Part shown: positions 1-9,594 of the stretch, one piece after another
Position numbering within the stretch: the first letter of the stretch is position 1
How the letters are laid out: every line of letters starts with the position of its first letter
Assembly (NCBI GenBank): GCA_041941795.1
Contig: CP145872.1
Location: 300,001 to 332,000, forward strand
Reading direction: 5' to 3'
Source of the DNA: Candidatus Saccharimonadota bacterium
Lineage (GTDB): Bacteria; Pseudomonadota; Gammaproteobacteria; Enterobacterales; Enterobacteriaceae
DNA: 32,000 nt
Notes under the pieces: model-generated
Told to the model about the DNA's origin: nothing
The model's input: only the letters and a program-made list of their open reading frames with translations
Databases searched by the model: none
Translations under genes and position numbers: made by a program

Positions 1-364
1 TAGCAAACAAGCCTGAGGTATTAAAATTTAATATAATTGTATTATGGAGTTCTTTCAAAGATTTACATAATAAAAATATTCCTCCCAGTAAAAAAATTAA
101 TTCCCGAAATGAAAAATTATGAAAGAATATAGTAAATATTGGGTTAGTAAATTTCAACATCCAACTGGCAATACTTAATAAGATAATACGTATTACCAGT
201 GATACTCCTAACCCAAACATTAAAGCCGGATTTTGTTGATGACTAGGAAGATGAGAGATTTGCAAAGATATTAAAAGAATATTGTCCATACCTAGGATCA
301 CTTCTACACTCATTAAAGTGAGTAATGATATCCATGTACTTGGAACTAGTATCCATGTAAACAT
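1..364 (-). CDS. ygdQ: TerC-family (UPF0053) inner-membrane protein, YgdQ-like; 5' part only, runs off the window edge
   Basis: Not in the ORF track. The minus strand from the ATG at 364..362 reads MFTWILVPSTWISLLTLMSVEVILGMDNILLISLQISHLPSHQQNPALMFGLGVSLVIRIILLSIASWMLKFTNPIFTIFFHNFSFRELIFLLGGIFLLCKSLKELHNTI... with no stop down to position 1. It has a transmembrane-helix pattern and the LG(I/M)DNI motif. It is collinear with my recollection of E. coli YgdQ, which also lies directly downstream of mutH. Confidence 0.75.
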   Translation of the reverse strand, partial: MFTWILVPSTWISLLTLMSVEVILGMDNILLISLQISHLPSHQQNPALMFGLGVSLVIRIILLSIASWMLKFTNPIFTIFFHNFSFRELIFLLGGIFLLCKSLKELHNTIILNFNTSGLFA

Positions 365-411
365 ATTTATGGGAAATTTATATCTAAAAATTAGAGGAAA
401 TTATTGGAATT

Positions 412-1092
412 TTAATCAAAAAATTGACTCTTTAATATAAGATGAGTAAAGCGTTTTTTTAAATAAAATCCTCGCTGTCGGGTACGAATATAGTGCCCAT
501 ATTTATCATATGCGGCAGTAAAATATTGACTGGAAGAGGATTTAGTTTTGATTTGCAGACACTCCCCATTACGAGCACTAATATCTTCTATTTCACCAAA
601 TGTAATTGAATCCATAAAATCTTCCCAGTCTCGACGTAAATATAATTCTTGCTGTGTACTGGGACTCCATAAAAAAGGGTTCCCTATTCTTCTCTTAGAG
701 AGGGGTATTTTACGACTTCCTTCTATAGGAATCCATAATACTCGTAGAAGTTTTTTACGTACCGAAGACTGCTCCCAGGTCAGACCAATAGTATTGATTA
801 ATGATACTCCACAAATAAATGTATTTTCTAATGGTGTTCCATCTGAATTTACAGGAATAGTCTTTAATTCTACCCCTATTCGGGTAAAGTCTGGCTTGGA
901 TTTATTACCGGCATCGGCTCCGAGATATTTTTCCATTAGCATTCCCACCCATCCCTTATGATATTGTAATTTTATAGGAATCTTGGATTCTAATTCACTT
1001 AAAGTAGATCCGGATAGTAAATATGCTCTCTCTATTAGAGTTTGTTCATCTTCTGGAGGAGAAATTACCTGTAAATAATCTTTTTTAATCAT
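412..1092 (-). CDS. mutH: DNA mismatch repair endonuclease MutH
   Basis: 226 aa versus 229 aa in E. coli. Collinear matches include LSPPE..., KGWVG, GVELKTIPV, RVLWIPIEG, RRIGNPFLWSP and RGFYLKK. The D-(X)n-E-X-K catalytic core (PDF...GVELK) is intact. ATG start confirmed at 1092. Confidence 0.93.
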   Translation of the reverse strand: MIKKDYLQVISPPEDEQTLIERAYLLSGSTLSELESKIPIKLQYHKGWVGMLMEKYLGADAGNKSKPDFTRIGVELKTIPVNSDGTPLENTFICGVSLINTIGLTWEQSSVRKKLLRVLWIPIEGSRKIPLSKRRIGNPFLWSPSTQQELYLRRDWEDFMDSITFGEIEDISARNGECLQIKTKSSSSQYFTAAYDKYGHYIRTRQRGFYLKKRFTHLILKSQFFD

Positions 1093-1171
1093 AAAATTAT
1101 CCTGTAATATTCTTCATTGAGATTAAAAATTTTTATTTGCTATGTTATTTTTAAATTGGATATAATAAGAT

Positions 1172-1193
1172 CTCTAATCTTTCTAGATTAGAG
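1172..1193. repeat. Perfect 9-bp inverted repeat with a 4-nt spacer (CTCTAATCT ttct AGATTAGAG) in the mutH/sppA divergent spacer; function unknown
   Basis: Read directly from the sequence. It lies about 80 nt upstream of the mutH start and about 290 nt upstream of sppA. About one such repeat per window is expected by chance at this base composition. Confidence 0.4.
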
Positions 1194-1482
1194 TCAAAAT
1201 ATTTCTTCTTTAAGTATAGATAACATTCTAACTATTAAGAGTCTTAGGATATGTAGTTAATTATTTATAACGATCAATGGTACATTAATAGGATTAAACA
1301 GATGAAGATCTTCTTGGTCCCAAAAAAAATCTGAAAATTTTATTAATATAAATATACCTGCACAAAAATTTTATATAAAATAACTATCATTTATTTTTAT
1401 AAATGACCGTAGTATTGATACTACAGTAAAAATAGAAAACAAAAACCTTTTTTAGATTTATTATATATAATTCGGAGATATT

Positions 1483-3378
1483 ATGCATCACATAGTGCGG
1501 TGGATAAAAAAAATTTTGATCTTTTTATGTAACTCACTCAATTGGATTCGAGTTAATTTTATTAAAAGTCTTTTTTTGATCCTCTCTCTTCTAGTACTAA
1601 AGTTTATCCATCCTACAATTGAAACGAGTGCTCCACCACATGCTTTAGTTTTAGATATTCAAGGAAAAATAAATGATCAACCTATTATGGTAAGTACTTC
1701 CATGGGAAATAAAGTTTTGCGTTTTTTAAAACTACAGAATAACTCTTTTTTGCAAAACTCTTTATTCAAAATAGTGGAAATTATTCGACAAGCTAAAAAT
1801 GATAGTAATATAAATTATCTAATTTTAGATCTAAAAAATTTTAGTGGTGCTAGTCAACCATCTTTGCATTATATAGGAAAAGCTCTAGAGGAATTTCGGA
1901 GAAGTGGAAAATGCATTTTATCAATGGCTGAACATTATACTCAAGAACAGTATTATCTAGCATCTTTTGCAAATCAAATTTATTTATCTCCTCATGGAGA
2001 GGTAGATTTACATGGATTCGCTATTAATAACTTGTATTTTAAAAAATTAATAGATAATTTACATATTACTTCTCATATATTTAGAGTGGGTAATTATAAA
2101 GCAGCGGTAGAGCCTCTGATGCGTACTAATATGTCTCCCACAGTACGCAAACTAAACGCTAATTTAATAGATGAGTTATGGAATGAATATATTAATCAAA
2201 TAGCTCAGAACCGCAAAGTATCTAGAAATCAAATTTTTCCGGCAGTAACAACAATTATAAAGAAGTTAAGACAAGAAGGGGGGGATAGCGCACAATATGC
2301 CTATAATAATAAATTAGTAGATAAATTAATTTGTCTCTCCTGTTTTGAGAAAAACATGATTTTAAAACTAGGATTTAATAAAACTAAAAATAGTTATAAT
2401 GCCATAAGCATGTATGATTATCCTTTAAAAAATCATTCATCGTTTCACAAGAACAAAATAGCGGTGATTAGTATGACTGGAATAATTGGCTCCGGAAATT
2501 ATGATTATCCAGGCTATATGATTAGTAGCAGTAAAATACAAAAACAGTTACGTGCTGCCCGTTTAAATCCTCATATTAAAGCTATTATTTTATATATTAA
2601 TAGTCCAGGAGGAAGTGCGGATGCTTCAGAATCTATAAGAGAAGAAATAGTAACTACTCGTAATTCTGGTAAACCAATTGTAGTCGTTATGGGACAATAT
2701 GCGGCTTCGGGAGGATATATGATAGCTACTCCTGCGAACTATCTTATAGCGGCACCCAGCACTATAACGGGATCTATAGGGATTTTTGGTGCGACGCTCA
2801 CTTTTGAAAATACCCTGTCTACTTTGGGAGTATATTCTGATGGAGTATTTACATCTCCATTAGCAGATGTGTCATTCTCTAAAGCCCTTCCTAAGGAAGT
2901 GCAAGAAATAATACAACTAAGAATCCAGAATGGTTATAGAAAATTTATTAATTTTGTTGCTCAAGATCGAAATAGATCCTATAATCAAATAGATCAAATT
3001 GCACAAGGACGTATTTGGTCTGGTCTAGATGCTAAAAAAATAGGATTGATTGATAAGTTAGGGGATTTTGATGATGCTGTATCAAAGGCAGCGGAATTAG
3101 CCGGCTTAAAACACTGGAACTTAATGTGGTTCAGCAATTCTAATATTGGATTTAAATCACAATTAATAAATTCTATTATATTTTCTGCGTTAGAACCGGA
3201 AATTAGACGTCAGTTCATCTCCACATTATTGCCTTCTTGGTCAGGAAACACTGTTCTTCACCAAATTAACTATAGTTTCAACTATGATAGTTTTCTACCA
3301 AATATGATTTTAATGAATAATGATTCATATAATATTTATGCACAATGTCTTGCATCCATAATGATTGAAAATAAATAG
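1483..3378 (+). CDS. sppA: Signal peptide peptidase A (protease IV)
   Basis: 631 aa versus 618 aa in E. coli. Collinear blocks include QENSLF.IV..IRQAK.D.NI, YYLASFAN.I.LSP.G.VDLHGF, FRVG.YK.AVEP, NSPGGS, GSIGIFG and LGDFDDAV.KAAELA. A GGAGA Shine-Dalgarno sequence lies 5 nt upstream of the ATG. Confidence 0.93.
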   Translation: MHHIVRWIKKILIFLCNSLNWIRVNFIKSLFLILSLLVLKFIHPTIETSAPPHALVLDIQGKINDQPIMVSTSMGNKVLRFLKLQNNSFLQNSLFKIVEIIRQAKNDSNINYLILDLKNFSGASQPSLHYIGKALEEFRRSGKCILSMAEHYTQEQYYLASFANQIYLSPHGEVDLHGFAINNLYFKKLIDNLHITSHIFRVGNYKAAVEPLMRTNMSPTVRKLNANLIDELWNEYINQIAQNRKVSRNQIFPAVTTIIKKLRQEGGDSAQYAYNNKLVDKLICLSCFEKNMILKLGFNKTKNSYNAISMYDYPLKNHSSFHKNKIAVISMTGIIGSGNYDYPGYMISSSKIQKQLRAARLNPHIKAIILYINSPGGSADASESIREEIVTTRNSGKPIVVVMGQYAASGGYMIATPANYLIAAPSTITGSIGIFGATLTFENTLSTLGVYSDGVFTSPLADVSFSKALPKEVQEIIQLRIQNGYRKFINFVAQDRNRSYNQIDQIAQGRIWSGLDAKKIGLIDKLGDFDDAVSKAAELAGLKHWNLMWFSNSNIGFKSQLINSIIFSALEPEIRRQFISTLLPSWSGNTVLHQINYSFNYDSFLPNMILMNNDSYNIYAQCLASIMIENK

Positions 3379-3426
3379 TATTTATACATACCCTTTTTAA
3401 CAGTGATTAATTCATAATTTTATTAG

Positions 3427-4464
<1,038 letters not shown>

Positions 4465-4505
4465 ATCAGCTCTAATTGAGATAATTTCTGCCTAATGTAA
4501 GTTTA

Positions 4506-7373
4506 TTAACTCAAAGAGTGAGTTTTAAACATACTATGTTTAATTAGTAGTATTTTCTTTTTGTCTTGTAATATTCTGAGCTGTTCATCCATTTTTAATA
4601 CTACTTCTTTCGGAGCATGAGATAAAAAATTTTTATTAGATAAACGGCTTTCCAAGATCTTGATTCTTTCTCCTAATTTAGTAATGAGGTTATCCAATGT
4701 CTTATATTCCATATTCGGAGTTTTCACATTGGATAATGGAATATGAATTTCTATGTCTGCAATTAATGTGGAGGTTCGAATCATCGGGAGAGAATCATTA
4801 CTGACTGTAGTCATATTTTGGACTTTTGCAAGACTTTGTAATAATTCGAAATTTTCGTGGATAATATTATAATTTACTCTAGTGCTATTACAGGGTCGTA
4901 TCAATAAATCAATTTTATGATTAACGCTAATATTCATTTGAGTACGAATATTACGTATATATCCAATAACTTCTTTCATTAATTTCATATCATTTATGGC
5001 GGACTCATCTTCAGAAGAAGATTGATACCATGGAATTTCCTGGCTCATAATAGATTCATTATTTTCTCTTAATTTATTAAGCCGTAACCAAATATATTCA
5101 GTAATAAAAGGTATAATAGGATGAGCGAGGCGTAATAATGATTCAAAAACTTTTCTTAAAGTGCAACGGGCTATATATTGTTTTGATTTAGAATTACTTT
5201 TGAATGCTATTTTAGTAATTTCTAAATACCAATCACAAAATTTATTCCAAGTAAATTCATAAAGAACGTTAGATGCTAAATCTAACCGATAATTATCAAG
5301 AGCCTTCCGGTATATTTTAACTGTCCGATTAAATTCCGCTAAAATCCACCGATCTGCTAATGTTCTTGTGTTCTGATCAACATCAGAGATGAAAACAGAT
5401 GGTTCCGTATTCTGCAAAACAAACCTACCTGCATTCCATAATTTATTACAAAACTTTCGATATCCTTCTAACCGTTTTAGATCAAAATTAATATTGCGAG
5501 AAGGATAAGATAAGGAAGTTAAAGTAAAACGTAGCGCATCGGCACCATGAGATTTAATTCCGTGTGGAAATTGTTTTTTCGTCCGGAGTTTAATATTATT
5601 AGCAAGTTTGGGTTGCAGCATGTGATCAGTACGTTTCTTCAATAATTCTTCTAATGATATTCCATCTATTATATCTAGAGGATCAATTACATTACCTTTA
5701 GATTTAGACATTTTATTGCCTTGTTCATCCTTAATTAAACCTGTAATATAAACTGTTTTAAATGGAACCTGACCCTTGCCATTTTCATCTTTAATAAAAT
5801 ACATAGAAAGCATGATCATGCGAGCTATCCAAAAAAAAATAATATCGAAACCACTCACTAGAACACTAGTCGGATGATACAGTCGTAATAAATCCGTTTT
5901 TTCCGGCCATCCTAAAGTACCAAAAGTCCATAACCCAGATGAAAACCATGTATCTAAAACATCATCATCTTGTGTTAAGAAGATCTTAGAATGGAGATTA
6001 TTCGCTCTTCGCACTTCTTGTTCATTTCTTCCTACGTAAATTTTACCTGTTTCATCATACCAGGCCGGTATTCGATGTCCCCACCATAACTGACGGGATA
6101 AACACCAATCCTGAATATTGGACATCCAGGAAAAATACATATTTTCATATTTGTCGGGAACAAAATTAATTTTTTTTTGTCTTACAGCCTTTATAGCTGT
6201 TTGAGCCAGATCTCGAGTACGTAGATACCATTGATCAGTTAACATGGGTTCAATTATTGATCGACTTTTTTCTCCAGAAGGCAGAACTAATTCACATAAT
6301 TCTTGTTTTTCCAATAGACCTCTATTTTTCAGATAGAAGATAATTTTTTCTCTAGCGTCTTTGCTGGATAAACCATGAAATTCGTTGGGTATTTGGGTAC
6401 TTAAAGTATTAGTCATGGTACCTTGATAATTAAAGACTTGAGCAGATGTACGAATCGTACCATCTAAATTTAAAATATTTATTAGTGGTAATTTATATTT
6501 TTGTGCTATTTCATAATCTTTAAAGTCATGAGCCGGAGTAAGTTTCATACATCCCGTCCCCTTAGACATATCAATGGTTTTATCAGCGACTATGGGAAGT
6601 CGACGATTCAAAAAAGGTAAAATAACAAATTTTCCTATTAATTTGTGATATCTTTCATCCCGAGGATTAATTGCTATTCCGGTATCACCTAATAAGGTTT
6701 CTGGTCTTGTAGTAGCTATTACCACATACTGTTTTTCTTCCCAAGTTTTCACTCCATCTGCTAATGGATATCGTATATACCATATAAATCCTTGAGATTT
6801 TATGTGTTCTACTTCCAGATCCGAAATTGCTGTTCCTAATATTGGATCCCAGTTAACTAATCTCTTACCCCGATAAATTAAACCATCTTTATATAATTTT
6901 ACAAAACCTTCGTTAACAGCTCTAGTAAAACCTTCATCCATCGTAAAACGGGATCGAGACCAATCAGCGGAACATCCTAGTCGCTGCATCTGATGAAAGA
7001 TTTGTTTATTTAACGCATTTTTCCATGGCAAAACCTGCTCAATTAATTCTCTTCGTTTAAAATCTTTTTTATTTTTCCCAGTGGATAAGAAGAGATTTTG
7101 TTCTATAATAATTTGGGTAGCAATACCGGCATGGTCAGTACCTACTTGCCATAAAGTATTTTTTCCTTGCATTCGATGATAACGAATAAGAGTATCTATA
7201 AGAGAATGTTGAAAAGCATGTCCCATATGCAAATGACCAGTAATATTTGGAGGAGGTAACATAATGCAAAAACTTTCCTGATTATCTCTCTCCTGTTTTT
7301 TAAAACAAGCGAGTTTTTCCCATCTTTCATATATAGGACCTTCTATATCAGAGGGACAATATTTGTTCTTCAT
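4506..7373 (-). CDS. valS: Valine--tRNA ligase
   Basis: 955 aa versus 951 aa in E. coli. The HIGH-type motif (PPNITGHLHMGHA) and KMSKS are both present. There are long collinear blocks (GKNTLWQVGTDHAGIATQ, TRPETLLGDTG, WCLSRQLWWGHRIPAWY). Confidence 0.97.
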   Translation of the reverse strand: MKNKYCPSDIEGPIYERWEKLACFKKQERDNQESFCIMLPPPNITGHLHMGHAFQHSLIDTLIRYHRMQGKNTLWQVGTDHAGIATQIIIEQNLFLSTGKNKKDFKRRELIEQVLPWKNALNKQIFHQMQRLGCSADWSRSRFTMDEGFTRAVNEGFVKLYKDGLIYRGKRLVNWDPILGTAISDLEVEHIKSQGFIWYIRYPLADGVKTWEEKQYVVIATTRPETLLGDTGIAINPRDERYHKLIGKFVILPFLNRRLPIVADKTIDMSKGTGCMKLTPAHDFKDYEIAQKYKLPLINILNLDGTIRTSAQVFNYQGTMTNTLSTQIPNEFHGLSSKDAREKIIFYLKNRGLLEKQELCELVLPSGEKSRSIIEPMLTDQWYLRTRDLAQTAIKAVRQKKINFVPDKYENMYFSWMSNIQDWCLSRQLWWGHRIPAWYDETGKIYVGRNEQEVRRANNLHSKIFLTQDDDVLDTWFSSGLWTFGTLGWPEKTDLLRLYHPTSVLVSGFDIIFFWIARMIMLSMYFIKDENGKGQVPFKTVYITGLIKDEQGNKMSKSKGNVIDPLDIIDGISLEELLKKRTDHMLQPKLANNIKLRTKKQFPHGIKSHGADALRFTLTSLSYPSRNINFDLKRLEGYRKFCNKLWNAGRFVLQNTEPSVFISDVDQNTRTLADRWILAEFNRTVKIYRKALDNYRLDLASNVLYEFTWNKFCDWYLEITKIAFKSNSKSKQYIARCTLRKVFESLLRLAHPIIPFITEYIWLRLNKLRENNESIMSQEIPWYQSSSEDESAINDMKLMKEVIGYIRNIRTQMNISVNHKIDLLIRPCNSTRVNYNIIHENFELLQSLAKVQNMTTVSNDSLPMIRTSTLIADIEIHIPLSNVKTPNMEYKTLDNLITKLGERIKILESRLSNKNFLSHAPKEVVLKMDEQLRILQDKKKILLIKHSMFKTHSLS

Positions 7374-7606
7374 GCTGATGATTTTAAGTTATTCAAATGT
7401 TTCCAAAAAGATTGATCTAAATTAGAGGTAATGGATTTTAATGAACCGAATTCTCTATTATTGAGAGATATATAACTAATAAAAACGTTTTTTTTCTAAT
7501 ACTGTGGAAAATAAACCATTGATAAATATATAACCAATTTTTCTAATTCATTTCTATTAAAGTTATTCAGTATTTTTATTTAAAATAATATTAATTGTTT
7601 TTGTCC
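7374..7606 (-). pseudogene. holC: Probable degraded relic of holC (DNA polymerase III chi subunit)
   Basis: E. coli has valS-holC-pepA in this order and orientation. Here the slot is only 233 bp with no intact ORF. One minus-strand frame reads MN*KNWLYIYQWFIFHSIRKKTFLLVIYLSIIENSVH* (compare recalled HolC MKNATFYLL...GKRVLIACED). Just before valS another frame reads SNLDQSFWKH (compare the HolC C-terminus FNLNTATWK). The similarity is weak and judged by eye only. Confidence 0.35.
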
Positions 7607-9127
7607 TTATATTTTTAGGACGTAATTTAATAAGTACTGGACAAGCAGCTCTACTGGTCTTCCTGTAGCAGTAAGACCTCTTATATTAGAGGAGTCGGCG
7701 CCAATATTATCATTTTTCCAGGCGGTACCTGCAATATCAAGATGAGCCCACGAATAATTCTGAGTAAATTTAGATAAAAAACAAGCAGCTGTAATAGCTC
7801 CGGCACTAGAGCCTCCTACATTTGATAGGTCTGCACAATTAGAAATTAGTTGATTTTTATATTCCTCTCTTAGAGGAAGTTGCCATACCAGATCACCGGA
7901 TTGTTCTGATGCAGATAATAAATCTTTTGCTAATACATTATTATTGGATATTAAACCTGTTATATGAGTTCCAAGTGCCACAACACAAGCTCCGGTTAAA
8001 GTAGCAATGTCAATAACTACTTTAGGTTTAAATTTTTCTACATATGTTAAGACATCACATAATATTAATCTACCTTCAGCATCAGTATTTAAAATTTCTA
8101 CTGTTATTCCTGACATAGTAGTTATTACGTCTCCAGGACGAAAAGCTTGTCCTCCAGGCATATTTTCGCATCCCGCAATAATCCCAATTATATTGATAGG
8201 AAGCTCTAAAGATGCTACTGCCTGAAGAACACCGTATACCGCAGCTGCTCCACACATATCATATTTCATATCTTCCATTGAACTCGCGGGTTTAAGAGAT
8301 AATCCCCCGGAGTCAAAAGTTACTCCCTTCCCTACTAAGACAATAGGAGATGAGTTAGTTGCACAACCTTTATATTCGATTATTGACATTATAGATTCAT
8401 TTTTTGAAGCTTGACCTACTGCTAGATAAGCATTCATGCCTAATTTTTTCATTTCTAATTCATTAATAAATTTTACATTAATGTTATTATAGCTCTTAGC
8501 TAAAGATTGAATTTGTTTAGCTAGATATGATGGATTGCATACATTAGGAGGAAGATTACTAAGATCTTTAGTTATTTTTACTGCGCTAGATATAGATTGC
8601 GCGTGTTTGATTGCTAGTTTCGCCATCTCATTATGTTCTGGGTGAACATTCAAGATTATCTTGTTAAGAGAAAACATTTTTTTGTTGATATGACATTTGA
8701 AATGATCAAAATTATATAAACTTTTTTCTGTTTCTTCAATTAGACGTCGTATTTTCCAATATACACTTCTATGTTTTACATTAATTTCGGAAAGATAACA
8801 TAAAACTTCCTTACAATTACTTTCCTTAATAATTCCAATATAATTTTTAATTATTTGTTGATACTGACAGTCATCAAGATCATATTCTTTTCCACCTCCA
8901 ATAAGCAATAATCTATCAGCTCTCACGTGAGGAACATGGTATAATAACAAATATTGTCCCATTTTTCCTTGGATATCTCTCATTTTCAGTAAAGAGCTAA
9001 TATATCCTTTACTAATTCTATCAAGATCTTCGGCACTAGAAGATAATTGACAATTTTCGAATACTGCGCTAATAATACAATCAGTATGATCGAGTTCAAA
9101 ATTGTTATTTTTGAGTCTAAATTCCAT
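7607..9127 (-). CDS. pepA: Leucyl (cytosol) aminopeptidase A
   Basis: 506 aa versus 503 aa in E. coli. It starts MEF... and carries the M17 signature blocks VGKG.TFDSGG.S.KP, MKYDMCGAAAVYG, NTDAEGRL.LCD and TLTGACV.ALG. Confidence 0.96.
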   Translation of the reverse strand: MEFRLKNNNFELDHTDCIISAVFENCQLSSSAEDLDRISKGYISSLLKMRDIQGKMGQYLLLYHVPHVRADRLLLIGGGKEYDLDDCQYQQIIKNYIGIIKESNCKEVLCYLSEINVKHRSVYWKIRRLIEETEKSLYNFDHFKCHINKKMFSLNKIILNVHPEHNEMAKLAIKHAQSISSAVKITKDLSNLPPNVCNPSYLAKQIQSLAKSYNNINVKFINELEMKKLGMNAYLAVGQASKNESIMSIIEYKGCATNSSPIVLVGKGVTFDSGGLSLKPASSMEDMKYDMCGAAAVYGVLQAVASLELPINIIGIIAGCENMPGGQAFRPGDVITTMSGITVEILNTDAEGRLILCDVLTYVEKFKPKVVIDIATLTGACVVALGTHITGLISNNNVLAKDLLSASEQSGDLVWQLPLREEYKNQLISNCADLSNVGGSSAGAITAACFLSKFTQNYSWAHLDIAGTAWKNDNIGADSSNIRGLTATGRPVELLVQYLLNYVLKI

Positions 9128-9265
9128 GTATTGTATTAATTTCTCCTAATAATTAGACATTCAATATGATAATATTATCGTTTCCTAATAATATTAGAAA
9201 TTAGATTCCTAACATTAACTAAAAAATGAGAAAAAATTTTCTAGAATTTAATTTTCTTAATATAG

Positions 9266-9353
9266 GCCGAAGTGGCGAAACAGGTAGCCGCAGTTGACTC
9301 AAAATCAACCGCTGATAATAAGCGTGCCGGTTCAAATCCGGCCTTCGGTACCA
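9266..9353 (+). tRNA. leuX: tRNA-Leu (anticodon CAA), long variable arm, 3' CCA encoded
   Basis: Cloverleaf read by eye. The acceptor GCCGAAG pairs with CTTCGGT, and the anticodon stem GTTGA/TCAAC carries the loop CTCAAAA. The T-arm is GCCGG-TTCAAAT-CCGGC, followed by the discriminator A and CCA. Very close to recalled E. coli leuX. Confidence 0.93.
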
Positions 9354-9394
9354 GAAACAGAAAACGACGAAATTCTATCCCTCTTTTAATTTAA

Positions 9395-9418
9395 TGTCGT
9401 ATACAACAGTATACGATA
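9395..9418. terminator. Hairpin (10-bp stem including one G-U pair, loop AACA) between the convergent leuX and ileX; possible bidirectional terminator or processing structure
   Basis: TGTCGTATAC aaca GTATACGATA is seen directly. No U-run follows on either strand, so it is not a canonical intrinsic terminator. Confidence 0.25.
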
Positions 9419-9485
9419 GCTAAAATTAGCTTATCTCTGAGAAAAAAGAAAACTAAAATAAACATATCATATTTATCATCTATAA

Positions 9486-9558
9486 TGGCCCTTGCAGGAT
9501 TTGAACCTGCGACCAAGCGATTATGAGTCGCCTGCTCTTACCTCTGAGCTAAAGGGCC
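9486..9558 (-). tRNA. ileX: tRNA-Ile2 (anticodon CAU, presumably lysidine-modified), CCA not encoded
   Basis: The reverse complement is GGCCCTTTAGCTCAGAGGTAAGAGCAGGCGACTCATAATCGCTTGGTCGCAGGTTCAAATCCTGCAAGGGCCA. It is nearly identical to recalled E. coli ileX and unlike elongator or initiator tRNA-Met. It sits downstream of rpoD as in E. coli. The discriminator A is followed by TTA, not CCA. Confidence 0.85.
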
Positions 9559-9594
9559 TGAGGATTATAAATATTATCTCTCTTTTTAGAGACA

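Noticed and set aside
548-961. 137-aa plus-strand ORF inside mutH. The same class includes 8007..8225, 9908..10105, 10253..10555, 11033..11302, 12157..12420, 13515..13700, 15878..16105, 20844..21095, 22436..22690, 25930..26151 and 30473..30805.
   Set aside because: All of these are antisense shadow ORFs lying wholly inside (or overlapping the ends of) strongly conserved genes: mutH, pepA, rpoD, dnaG, rpsU, cca, atpA, atpE, murB and rplL. Their products are low-complexity and show no recognisable motif. The opposite-strand gene explains the open frame.
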